DNA of 63,173 bases, filler included, from Octopus bimaculoides (taxonomy: Eukaryota), in assembly GCF_001194135.2 (NCBI RefSeq). It is 7 parts of 7 records of this genome, joined end to end, with 100 filler letters (N's around TTAATTAATTAA, not from the genome) between each part and the next. Parts side by side here need not be neighbours in the genome. Positions count along the whole stretch, not along the records: positions 48,677 to 53,064 come from NC_069001.1; positions 53,165 to 58,838 come from NC_069008.1; positions 58,939 to 61,214 come from NC_068987.1; positions 61,315 to 63,173 come from NW_026413271.1; 3 more parts are not named here. One strand, given 5' to 3'. The notes below the pieces were generated by a model, which did not search any database, was not told the origin of the DNA, and was given only the letters and a program-made list of their open reading frames with translations. Both the position numbers and the translations under genes were made by a program. Positions 52,720-63,173 of this stretch are shown here, one piece after another (within the stretch, counting starts at the first letter, position 1; every line of letters starts with the position of its first letter).

Positions 52720-53050
52720 TGTAGTAACGCCGTGCGCATGCGTGGTCTCACGCATGCATGGAATTAAACAGCCAAGCGTTCCCGCTTTAATCTTCCTCTT
52801 TTACGGTCGGCCGACCATGAGCATGGACGTGTTAAGCTGTCTCTCTACATCTTTCGGACTTACGCTCGACAGCTCGCTTGCAACTACATACCCACGTCCA
52901 AACAACTATGCTCACACACACAGAAGCTGTAACAACAAGAACTAAAGTTGTATATATTTACCACCTAAATAAAGTGTTGTTTAAGTTGATAGTCTGGAGT
53001 TCAGCGTTCCGTTATAATCATTAATTTTATATAGGAAAGTCAGGTATACA
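52720..53050 (+). mobile_element. Candidate solo LTR (~330 bp)
   Basis: TGT...ACA ends, GC-richer than the flanks, with AATAAA near 52969. The flanks tata/tcta are only an imperfect TSD. Confidence 0.3.
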
Positions 53051-53969
53051 TCTAATGATGTATANNNNNNNNNNNNNNNNNNNNNNNNNNNNNNNNNNNN
53101 NNNNNNNNTTAATTAATTAANNNNNNNNNNNNNNNNNNNNNNNNNNNNNNNNNNNNNNNNNNNNAACGCTAAAGGGACTAAATTCTAATATTTATTTTCA
53201 TTAGTCTAAATTATTTTTTATAAAAAATCAAATTTTTTTGCTTAATTTTTTGTAGTATGGCTTTTTAAAGTCCATTTTTTAATAAATTATTTTAATAAAA
53301 TATTATTATTTTTTTTGATTTTGTCTCTATGACCAGCACTGAATCACGTAGTAGGACTGTTCAGAAAAGGCAAATGACAAAAATTCAAATATTTTAACAG
53401 TCAGTTTTCACTATTTTTAAATTTTCAAACATGGAGTTAATTCCGGCGAGGTCGACTTTGCCTTCCATCCTTTCAGAACAACTTTGCCTTTAACCTTTAA
53501 TCCGGGGTCAGTAAAATAAATACCACTTGACAACCGTGATCCATGTCCCAAAATTGCTGGCCTTGGGCCAAAATGTGAAACCAATATTTCATATGCATGC
53601 ATACTAAATGTACTTCCGCTTGACAAAGGTGTCCGAGGCCAGAATCTCTGTTAATCAACCCCCAAACACATTTACAATACATTTCTCTACCATCTAACGC
53701 ATTTATAACAACACCATCCTTTATAAAAACATTTATGTAAGTATTAAACAATGAAAACATTTAATCTTAATACTTTTGTTGTCTCAGATCTCCTTTGATT
53801 TGTTCGATATTTGGCTGCTATTTCTAGCTATGGAGGCTACCTTCTACACCAGGGTGGGGAAATCCCCACTTGCAGCCGATATACTTGTATGTACAAAATA
53901 TAATAAATTTTTCAAATATAGAATTTATACAATATTCCTATGCCTATTTGCGACATAGGTTGCATTTTC

Positions 53970-54171
53970 ACTACAAGAAAGATTGGCCAAAGATGATGCA
54001 GTATTATGGCCTCTCTCATGTATGGATACATTGATGAGAAGTTAAAGCATTACTCTCAGAGAATGATTTATCACAAACGTCACAGTTAAATCGATTTTCC
54101 CCTGTATGAATATGTATGTGAGAATTTAAAACACTTTGATCAGGAAATGATGCACCACAGACATCACAATG
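53970..54171 (-). pseudogene. In-frame zinc fingers downstream of the ZNF stop (two intact, one decayed)
   Basis: After TAG: HCDVCGASFPDQSVLNSHIHIHTGENRFNCDVCDKSFSESNALTSHQCIHT*ERP*YCIIF. Confidence 0.9.
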
Positions 54172-56286
54172 CTAAGGCTTCTCTCCTGTATGAATACGTC
54201 TGTGTTTGATCAAGTCAGAACTTTGAGAGAATGATTTACCACAGAAGTCACAGTGAAATGGCTTCTCCCCAGTATGAATACGCTTGTGTGTAGTTAAGCT
54301 ACTGGCTGAAAAGAATGATTTACCACAGATATTACAGTGATATGGTTTCTCTCCTGTATGAACACGTTTGTGAATAAGTAAGCTGTTATGTCGAGAGAAT
54401 GATTTACCACAGATATCACAATAATATGGCGTCTCTCCAGTATGAATACGTTTGTGGTTATTTAAGGTGTTATTTTCAGAGAAAGATTTGCCACAGAAGT
54501 TGCAGTGATATGGCCTTTCTCCTGTATGAATACGTTTATGCGTAATTAGGCTACTACACTGAGAGAATGATTTATTACAGATGTTACACTGATATGGCTT
54601 CTCTCCAGTATGAATACGTTTATGACGATTTAGAATACTATGGTCAGAGAATGATGTACCGCAGACATCACAGTGATATGGTTTCTCTCCTGTATGAATA
54701 CGTTTGTGTAGAGTCAGGTTATATTTTCGAGGGAATGATTTACCACAGATGTCACAGTGAAATGGTTTCTCTCCTGTATGGATACGCTTGTGAACAATTA
54801 AGCTCTTTCTATGAGAGAATAATTTATCACAGATATCACAGTGATAGGGCTTCTCTCCTGTATGAATACGTTTATGTGCAGTCAATATATGTTTTTGGAA
54901 GAATGATTTACCACAGATCTCACAGTCAAATGGCTTCTCCCCTGTATGAACACGCTTGTGCATAGTGAAGTTACTGGCTGAACAGAATGATTTACCACAG
55001 ACACGACAATGATATGGCTTCTCTACTGAATGGATATGTCTGTGAATAATTAAGCTGTTACTTTGAGCGAATGATTTACCACAGATATCACAGTGAAATG
55101 GCTTCTCTCCTGTATGGATACGCTTGTGAACAATTAAGCTCTTTCTATGAGAGAATGATTTATCACAGATATCACAGTGATATGGCCTCTCTCCTGTATG
55201 GATACGTTTGTGATTAGACAAGTTGTTACTTCGGGAGAATGATTTACCACAGATGTCACAGTGAAATGGCTTCTCCCCTGTATGAATATATTTGTGATTA
55301 GTTAGGATACCACTCCGAGAGAATGATTTACCACAGATATCACAATGATATGGCTTCTCTCCTGTGTGGATACGTTTATGAAGAGTTAAAGCACTACTTT
55401 GAGAGAATGATTTGCTACAGATGTCACAGTGATGGGGTTTCTCTCCTGTATGAACACGTTTGTGAGAATTTAAAACACTTCGATCAGAAAATAATGCACC
55501 GCAGACATCACAATGATAAGGCTTCTCTCCAGTATGAAGAGGTTTGTGTCTAGTCAAATGATATTTTCGACGGAATGATTTACCACAGATGTCACAGTGA
55601 AATGGCTTCTCTCCTGTATGAACATGTATGTGATAATTTAAAGTACTTCGGTTAGAGAATGATGCACCACAGATATCACAATGATAGGGCTTCTCTCCGG
55701 TATGAATACGTTTGTGTATAGTCAAGTAACTCTTTTGAGAGAAGGACTTTTCACAGACATCGCAATCATGAGACAATTTTCTTCCTTTTTCTCTATCTTC
55801 AGGGAAAAAATGAATGGATTTATGAGAAGTTAAAGTACTACGTCGAGAGAATGATTTACTACAGACATTACAATGATATGGTTTCTCTCCTGTATGAACA
55901 CGTTTGTGAGAATTTAAAGTACATTGCTGAGAGAATGATGTACCACAGATGTTACATTGATATGGCTTCTCTCCGGTATGAACACGCATGTGACAAATCA
56001 AAGCACTTCGGTGAGAAAATGATGTACCACAGACGTCACAGTGATATGGTTTCTCTCCTGTATGGATATGTTTGTGTTCAGTAAAGTCATTATTTCGAGA
56101 GAATGATTTACCACAGACGTCACAGTGAAATGGCTTCTCCCCTGTATGAATACGTTTGTGCACATTCAAGCTGCTCTTTTGAGAGAAAGACTTTTTACAG
56201 ACATCACAGTCATGTGACAATTTTTGCTTCTTTTTCTTCTTATCTTCAGGAAAAATCAGTTCCTTTTGTTTCTCACTCTTTTCCAT
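54172..56286 (-). CDS. C2H2 zinc-finger protein, 704 aa, 24 tandem fingers, single coding exon, no KRAB/SCAN/BTB recognised
   Basis: Intact ORF of C-x2-C-x12-H-x3-H repeats with TGEKP linkers. An in-frame TGA lies ~80 nt upstream of the ATG. Confidence 0.95.
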   Translation of the reverse strand: MEKSEKQKELIFPEDKKKKKQKLSHDCDVCKKSFSQKSSLNVHKRIHTGEKPFHCDVCGKSFSRNNDFTEHKHIHTGEKPYHCDVCGTSFSHRSALICHMRVHTGEKPYQCNICGTSFSQQCTLNSHKRVHTGEKPYHCNVCSKSFSRRSTLTSHKSIHFFPEDREKGRKLSHDCDVCEKSFSQKSYLTIHKRIHTGEKPYHCDICGASFSNRSTLNYHIHVHTGEKPFHCDICGKSFRRKYHLTRHKPLHTGEKPYHCDVCGALFSDRSVLNSHKRVHTGEKPHHCDICSKSFSQSSALTLHKRIHTGEKPYHCDICGKSFSRSGILTNHKYIHTGEKPFHCDICGKSFSRSNNLSNHKRIHTGERPYHCDICDKSFSHRKSLIVHKRIHTGEKPFHCDICGKSFAQSNSLIIHRHIHSVEKPYHCRVCGKSFCSASNFTMHKRVHTGEKPFDCEICGKSFFQKHILTAHKRIHTGEKPYHCDICDKLFSHRKSLIVHKRIHTGEKPFHCDICGKSFPRKYNLTLHKRIHTGEKPYHCDVCGTSFSDHSILNRHKRIHTGEKPYQCNICNKSFSQCSSLITHKRIHTGERPYHCNFCGKSFSENNTLNNHKRIHTGETPYYCDICGKSFSRHNSLLIHKRVHTGEKPYHCNICGKSFFSASSLTTHKRIHTGEKPFHCDFCGKSFSQSSDLIKHRRIHTGEKP

Positions 56287-56647
56287 TATTTTTCTTCTAA
56301 AATCCCAATAGATATATATTTTTCTTCTTTTTGCTTCTGTAGTCTTTTGTTTACAAATATTTCAACTGCTGTGTTTCTGTCCAGTGTTACCTTTGTCCCA
56401 AAATACTTTAATAAATTTATCCAAGTTTAATTTGCAACCAGACTCATCTTGTAGACACTCCAGACAGTGATGTCCACAAAGTTTGCTAATAACACATTTC
56501 AGAGTAAATATATCGTAGGAATTCTACCATAGACTTATAGAATCAATCTTATATATCTGCTCTGTGCAATATTTTCATTTTGGTCTTTAAAAGATGATAA
56601 ATAATGAGAATGTATCTTCTGCTATTCCAATGTCATCTGATATTCTG
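56287..56647 (-). other. Probable 5'UTR part of the ZNF coding exon; splice acceptor at 56648
   Basis: The minus strand reads tttctttattatttcag|aatatcag, a strong acceptor upstream of the ATG. Confidence 0.55.
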
Positions 56648-56834
56648 AAATAATAAAGAAACAACAGTGTAAGATATAGAAGTTACTTAAAAAATACAGA
56701 TTCAACATTTTCCTGGAGAACAACAGAACTTTAAATTTATTAAAATTTACATCAGAAAATCTAGTGTGAAGCTGACATATTTCTCAACTCCAGTTAGACA
56801 TTCACACTCACACACACACATACACAATCGTCGT

Positions 56835-57032
56835 TGGCGGCGAGCTGGCAGAAACGTTAGCACACCGGGCGAAATGCTTAGCGGTATTTCGTCTGCCATT
56901 ACGTTCTGAGTTCAAATTCCGCCGAGGTCGACTTTGCCTTTCATCCTTTCGGGGTCGATTAAATAAGTACCAGTTACTTAATCCGTTTGTCTGTCCCCTC
57001 TGTGTGTAGCCCCTTGTGGGCAGTAAAGAAAT
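56835..57032 (+). mobile_element. Family B SINE, young near-consensus copy, in the putative ZNF intron
   Basis: ggcggcgagctggcagaaacgttagcac...gagttcaaattcc...gcagtaaagaaata. Confidence 0.9.
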
Positions 57033-57489
57033 AACAAACACACACACAATCGTCGTAGTCGACCTCGTAAGCGGTGAGAAATGCACTCTTTCCGTGGAAA
57101 ACGAAGAGGGAGGGGTGCGATGGAACCTCGGAAATTCACTTTCCCGACCCCCATCTCCCGCATTTTTTTGCCCCCGTTGCAATCGTCTTAATTGAGATCA
57201 TACATATAATCGATCAATTCCATTTACAGATTGTATATTCTAATTAAAATGGTTTTGTTTGGTTGTTTGCTGGAATTGAGCGGATTAGCAAATGTCTCTT
57301 TTGTTCCTCTAACTGGTTTCCTAGCAACCTCAATTACAATCGATTTGGAAGTTGAGGAGAAATTTCTTGAAAATAAAAGGACTGGCCACCTAACCCTTTC
57401 GGACTCAATTTCAAGAATAACAATTATGACGACCAATCTTTATTCATAAATATAAAGTAGCAATACAAAACGGTGAGGCAATGCTTACA

Positions 57490-57876
57490 ATGTTGGCACT
57501 CCGTCGCTTACGACGTCGAGGGTTCCAGTTGATCCGATCAACGGAACAGCCTGCTCGTGAAATTAACGTGCAAGTGGCTGAGCACTCCACAGACACGTGT
57601 ACCCTTAACGTAGTTCTCAGGGATATTCAGCGTGACACAGAGTGTGACAAGGCTGACCCCTTTGAATTACAGGCACAACAGAAACAGGAAGTAAGAGTGA
57701 GAGAAAGTTGTGGTGGAAGAGTACAGCAGGGTTCGCCACCATCCCCTGCCGGAGCCTCGTGGGGCTTTTAGGTGTTTTCGCGCAATAAACACTCACAACG
57801 CCCGGTCTGGGGATCGAAACCGAGATCCTATCACCGTGAGTCCGCTGCCTTAACAACTGGGCCATTGCGCCTCCAA
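57490..57876 (-). mobile_element. tRNA-derived SINE, family E
   Basis: The minus strand head tggaggcgcaatggcccagttgttaaggcagcggac...ggtttcgatcccc has A/B boxes. The body is ~390 bp and ends gacggagtgccaaca. Confidence 0.75.
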
Positions 57877-58226
57877 TGCTTAAAATATAATGTTAGATTG
57901 GAAAAAAATGGGATATTACTCATTTTGCCCCGCCTACTTATTTTGTCCCTTTCCTTATATCAAGAAACATATAATCAATGAATAACAAAGCATTGGTTTC
58001 TCAACATTTCTGTGGTTGGAGTGCATTTGAGGATATTTCTCCAACTAAAACACAAAACAAACTTAAGTAGAAACGATGGAGAGAATAGAAGGTTGGGTGA
58101 TCGTACCGAAAGATCACCGAAGGTTGCCCCCATAACTAGAAATAGCAGCCAAATGTCGAATACATCAAAGGACATCGGAGACACAAAGTATTAAAAGATT
58201 AAATGCTTTCATTGTTTAATACTTAC

Positions 58227-58300
58227 AAAGGATAATGCCGTTGTTATAAGTGCATCAGGTGGTAGAGAAATGCATTATAAATGTGTTTCTGAGTGAATTA
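58227..58300 (-). other. Candidate non-coding first exon of the ZNF gene
   Basis: A minus-strand donor CCTTT|GTAAGT at 58226-58221 lies just downstream of the promoter motif cluster. The 5' boundary is unknown. Confidence 0.4.
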
Positions 58301-58340
58301 AGAGAAATTCTAAAATCAGACATATTTGTAAAGATGATAG

Positions 58341-58374
58341 ATTGGAGGCGGAAGTACGTTTAGTGCGCATGCGT
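58341..58374. promoter_or_regulatory. Candidate promoter: CCAAT box (-), ETS-like GGCGGAAGT and NRF1-like TGCGCATGCG
   Basis: ATTGG at 58341-45, GGCGGAAGT at 58347-55 and TGCGCATGCG at 58364-73. Three CpG-containing or promoter-type motifs within 34 bp of otherwise AT-rich DNA, upstream of the ZNF. Confidence 0.55.
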
Positions 58375-59534
58375 ATAATATATTGATTTCACATTTTGGC
58401 ACAAGGCCAGCAATTTTGGGGGTGAGAGGACTTTCGGAAAATTCACAAGATCCAATTTTTCCGTCATAATTTTGGGGGAAATGGATATATATATATTTAT
58501 TATTCTTTTTACAGAATCCCAAGTTTTTGGTTATGGAGGATCCGATTCTGAAAAAAAAAAAAAAAATTCTCAAAAATCGTATTTTCAAAATTTCAATCCC
58601 CCATCTCTTCAGTTTTCAGCAGGATGAGGCGAGGTTTGGGTCGGAATTTCTCATAAAAAAAATTTGAATTTATTTTTCCCGTATCCTTAATCTCCGTATT
58701 TTCCCCAAGTAGACTGATTGAAAAAAAACCCACTTTAATTTCATGTGAATTAACTTTGTCATATTACTGCAGGTAATTACTCTGAAAGAAATCTTTGCAG
58801 AAAGGTGAGTAGATTGATTACATATTTCTTTCATTGTGNNNNNNNNNNNNNNNNNNNNNNNNNNNNNNNNNNNNNNNNNNNNTTAATTAATTAANNNNNN
58901 NNNNNNNNNNNNNNNNNNNNNNNNNNNNNNNNNNNNNNAAATATAAACAACTGAATACTTGTCAGTGATTGGTTGAAATTATCGAAATAAGACAATTTTT
59001 TACATGAAATAAATTCGAATACAAAAATATTTTTCTGTTCTATAACACAAAGTAGATAAGTATACGAAGTTTGAAAGTCTTTCGGTACCAAAAACACTAC
59101 GTAAAACATTAATGAAAAATGTGGCCCCCGTTTTAAAAAAGATCCAATTAATATATATATTATATTACCTTACTATGTTGCTTTCATAACTTCTCCAAAG
59201 ATATGCGAGACAAAGGGGACAAACTCTGCGACCCCGATTTTCTCGTTGTAGTTTGCTTGAAACTTTGTGATGCAGAATTAAATAACAAAAAGTGAAGTCA
59301 CAATGCGAAAAAGGAAAGGGCCCACCAGCATAAGGTTTTTGTTTTATGTTTTACTTGTTCCAATCATTTGCCGAACCGCTAAGTTACGGAGACTTAAGCA
59401 CAAGTTGTCATGCAGTGGCGGAGGACAAAGAGAGACACTAAGACACACACACACGCATAGATATGTACATATACATATACAAAGGGCTTCTTTCGGTTTC
59501 CGTCTGCCAAATCCACTCATAAGGGTTTGATGAA

Positions 59535-59975
59535 CCCGAGGCTTTGACTCCTCCAGTTGCAATGAATACACAGGATTACTCTTCACAGTAGTCATCACTT
59601 GTAGCAGAATATCCTTATTCATGTCCAAGATCCAACTTTTGATCGTATCATTTAAAAAGCATATTGCCCTGGACTGGTATGCCTGCTGTTCTTCAAGAAT
59701 CACCTTCATTGCTTCCAGAATACATGGCTTAATCAGGTCTTCACCAATGGTATGAGACTTCTTGGTCTGCGTAATTTTTAGGGCAATTTTGTATGGAGCC
59801 TCCAGTGCTGCTTTGTTCTGATGAGCGAAGTGACCAGTGGAATCAATGTGACTGGGCTTCAGAGAAGCTTCTTTTTGCTTGAAATAGTCCGAGCTTTTGT
59901 CCACCAGTTGGCTGAGGCAAGACTCAAAATAAACCTTCAAATTGCTTGGCTTCATGCTTTCATAACTCAAAACCT
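59535..59975 (-). mobile_element. hAT (Buster/Charlie, ZBED5/8-like) transposase fragment
   Basis: ESMKPSNLK...KKSHTIGEDLIKPC...LNDTIKS...SLQLEES matches the Buster-type motifs ESMKPSKL, KPHTIGExLIKP, LSNDT and QLDES. Truncated by a family A SINE. Confidence 0.85.
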
Positions 59976-60068
59976 TGGCTCAAACAACATATTGCGGCTT
60001 GACCTCAGAGTCCTGAATGATACTTGTGAAACATTGCTCTAGATCAGTGGTTCTTAACCTTTTCCATC

Positions 60069-60123
<55 letters not shown>

Positions 60124-60327
60124 NNNNNNNNNNNNNNNNNNNNNNNNNNNNNNNNNNNNNNNNNNNNNNNNNNNNNNNNNNNNNNNNNNNNNNNNNNNNN
60201 NNNNNNNNNNNNNNNNNNNNNNNNNNNNNNNNNNNNNNNNNNNNNNNNNNNNNNNNNNNNNNNNNNNNNNNNNNNNNNNNNNNNNNNNNNNNNNNNNNNN
60301 NNNNNNNNNNNNNNNNNNNNNNNNNNN

Positions 60328-60360
<33 letters not shown>

Positions 60361-61158
60361 ATATATATAAAACATCATTATCACCGTTTAATCTCCGCTT
60401 GAGACACACACAATTTGTTGATGCAAGATGCTCTTCCTTACCCGTTATCAAGCAAGGTAATATGTCCCTATGGCCAGATAAATTCTTCATGGGAGACTGG
60501 AAACGAACAACATCGCTTGTATGATGGTGACACTCGTTTACGATCATCACGGGATACCGAGACAAATGTACACATACGCACGCACGCGCGAGTAGTTTCT
60601 TTCAGTTTTCGTCTACCTAATCCCTTTCGGCTCAGTGCTGTTGTTGAAGACTTATATCCAAATGTTACGCAGTGGGAATGAACCCGAGATCACGTAGTTG
60701 CGAATAAAGCTTCTCTATCACAGTGCCACACAAGCGCCTAAATAACAATTGTCAGATTAAACATTAAGAAATTCATAAAAATAACATACTTTATTTCGAC
60801 AAAACAAAATGAAGTATAATTAATTTTGAACGTTTAATTAAAAATTTAGAAAAATATCATAGTAAAATATTTTTTATTCCATAATTATAACAAATTTAAC
60901 GAATGTCCATTGAAATAATGCAAATTTTCTCAAAATCTTTAGCTGTATGCTACGACACTAATTGCGAAAATTAAAGTGAAACAGGTTAATTTCGCTCGCA
61001 TGCCATTGCACTTATAGAAAACTGCATAAAATCAATGATTTTTACAATCCTATTGCATTGAAACTGAATTTAAATTGCATTCGTAGTTTTATTTCAGTAT
61101 TCTTGGAAATTATTAGATTGACAGACCAATGCCAAAAGTTTAAGTATGTGTGTGTGTG

Positions 61159-61214
<56 letters not shown>

Positions 61215-61314
61215 NNNNNNNNNNNNNNNNNNNNNNNNNNNNNNNNNNNNNNNNNNNNTTAATTAATTAANNNNNNNNNNNNNNNNNNNNNNNNNNNNNN
61301 NNNNNNNNNNNNNN

Positions 61315-63173
61315 GGAACGACAATTTACTCTCCGCACACGCAGAGAACGACAATTTACTCTCCACACACGTAGGGAACGATGATATACTCCTCTCCCTC
61401 GCAGGGAACGAAGATTTACTCCTCTCAATCGCAGGGAACGAAAATTTACTCACCGCACTCGTAGGGAACGACAATTTAGTCTCTGGACTCGAAGGAACGA
61501 CAACATGCTCACCGCACTAGCAGGGAAAAAGAATTTACTCTCCGCATTCGAATCAACGACAATTTACTCTCCGCACTCCCAGGGAACGACAATTTACTCT
61601 CCACACTCGCAGGGACCGACGATTCACTCTCCACACTCACAGGGAACAACGATTTACTCTCCGCACACGTAGAGAACGATAATTTACTCTCCGCAATCGC
61701 AGGCAACGACGATTTACTCTCCGCACTCGCAGGGAACGACAATTTACTCTCCGCACTCGCAGGGACCGACTATTCACTCTCCACACTCACAGGGAACGAC
61801 GATTTACTCTCCGCACACGTAGGGAACGATAATTTACTCTCCGCACTCGCAGAAAACGACAATTTACTCTCCGCACTCGCAGAAAACGACAATTTACTCT
61901 TCGCACTTGTAGGGAACGATAATTTACTGTCCGCACTCGCAGGGAACGACGATATACGCCTCTCCCTCGCAGGGAACGAAGATTTACTTCTCTCAATCGT
62001 AGGGAACAAAATTTACTCACCGCACTCGCAGGGAACGACAATTTACTCTCCGCACTCGTAGAAAACGACAATTTACTCCCCGCACGCGCAGTAAACGACA
62101 ATTTACTTTCCGCACTCGCAGGGAACGACGATTTACGCCTCTCCCTCGCAGGGCACCATGATTTACTCCTATCAAACGCAGGGTACGACGATTTACGCCT
62201 CTCAAACGCAGGGAACGACGATTTACTCTCCGCACTCGCAGGAAACGACGATTTATGACTCTCCCACGCAGGGAACGACGATTTACGTCTCTGACCCGCA
62301 GGGAACGANNNNNNNNNNNNNNNNNNNNNNNNNNNNNNNNNNNNNNNNNNNNNNNNNNNNNNNNNNNNNNNNNNNNNNNNNNNNNNNNNNNNNNNNNNNN
62401 NNNNNNNNNNNNNNNNNNNNNNNNNNNNNNNNNNNNNNNNNNNNNNNNNNNNNNNNNNNNNNNNNNNNNNNNNNNNNNNNNNNNNNNNNNNNNNNNNNNN
62501 NNNNNNNNNNNNNNNNNNNNNNNNNNNNNNNNNNNNNNNNNNNNNNNNNNNNNNNNNNNNNNNNNNNNNNNNNNNNNNNNNNNNNNNNNNNNNNNNNNNN
62601 NNNNNNNNNNNNNNNNNNNNNNNNNNNNNNNNNNNNNNNNNNNNNNNNNNNNNNNNNNNNNNNNNNNNNNNNNNNNNNNNNNNNNNNNNNNNNNNNNNNN
62701 NNNNNNNNNNNNNNNNNNNNNNNNNNNNNNNNNNNNNNNNNNNNNNNNNNNNNNNNNNNNNNNNNNNNNNNNNNNNNNNNNNNNNNNNNNNNNNNNNNNN
62801 NNNNNNNNNNNNNNNNNNNNNNNNNNNNNNNNNNNNNNNNNNCTCCGCACTCGCAGGGAAGGACAATTTACTCTCCGCACTCGCAGGGACCGACGATTCA
62901 CTCTCCACACTCACAGGGAACGACGATTTACTCTCCGCACACATAGGGAACGATAATGTACTCTCCGCACTCGCAGAAAACGACAATTTACTCTCCGCAC
63001 CCGTAGGGAACGACAATTTACTCTCCCCACTCGCATGGAACGACAATTTACTCTCCCCACTCGCAGAGAACGACTATTTATTCTCCGCAGAGGCAAAGAA
63101 CCATAATTTACTCTCTGCACTCACAGAAAACGACAATTTACTCTCCGCACTCGCAGAGAACGACAATTTACTC
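61315..63173. repeat. 30-bp satellite/minisatellite (consensus GGGAACGACAATTTACTCTCCGCACTCGCA), gap-interrupted, running off the window
   Basis: Dozens of diverged 30-bp units on both sides of the gap at 62309-62843. Confidence 0.97.

Noticed and set aside
54567-56300. Plus-strand ORFs with repeated MIYHR...SLLYEYV
   Set aside because: Antisense shadows of the 84-bp zinc-finger repeats.
61315-63173. CRISPR-like or protein-coding reading of the 30-bp array
   Set aside because: The units are contiguous with no unique spacers, the context is eukaryotic with no cas genes, and the frames are interrupted.

Overview
AT-rich, microsatellite-dense metazoan genomic DNA from a gapped assembly, with six synthetic N44-TTAATTAATTAA-N44 scaffold joins. 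The SINE families, RTE LINE and '[10 protein letters not shown]'-type zinc fingers suggest a coleoid cephalopod (Octopus); that is recall-based inference, not a database hit. Two host genes are supported. (1) Four phase-0 exons on the + strand (28806-39271) encode the calf-2 and transmembrane end of an integrin alpha; they are largely invisible in the ORF track and the GFFKR tail exon was not found. (2) A 24-finger C2H2 zinc-finger gene on the - strand (54172-56286) has a probable 5'UTR exon and a CCAAT/ETS/NRF1 promoter near 58.35 kb. The rest is a transposon graveyard: mariner/Tc1/pogo, hAT, RTE, Tx1-like, CR1/Jockey-like and Penelope-like relics, several tRNA-derived SINE families, MITEs and a 30-bp satellite. 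The strongest leads are: a dispersed repeat (3 copies) carrying a minimal type I hammerhead ribozyme motif, associated with tRNA-like heads, (TAA)n tracts, inverted duplications and a Penelope RT relic; two intact zinc fingers in frame beyond the ZNF UAG stop; a candidate mutually exclusive integrin exon; and a mariner foldback whose ~275-bp arms include the transposase start. No rRNA, true tRNA or CRISPR array is supported.
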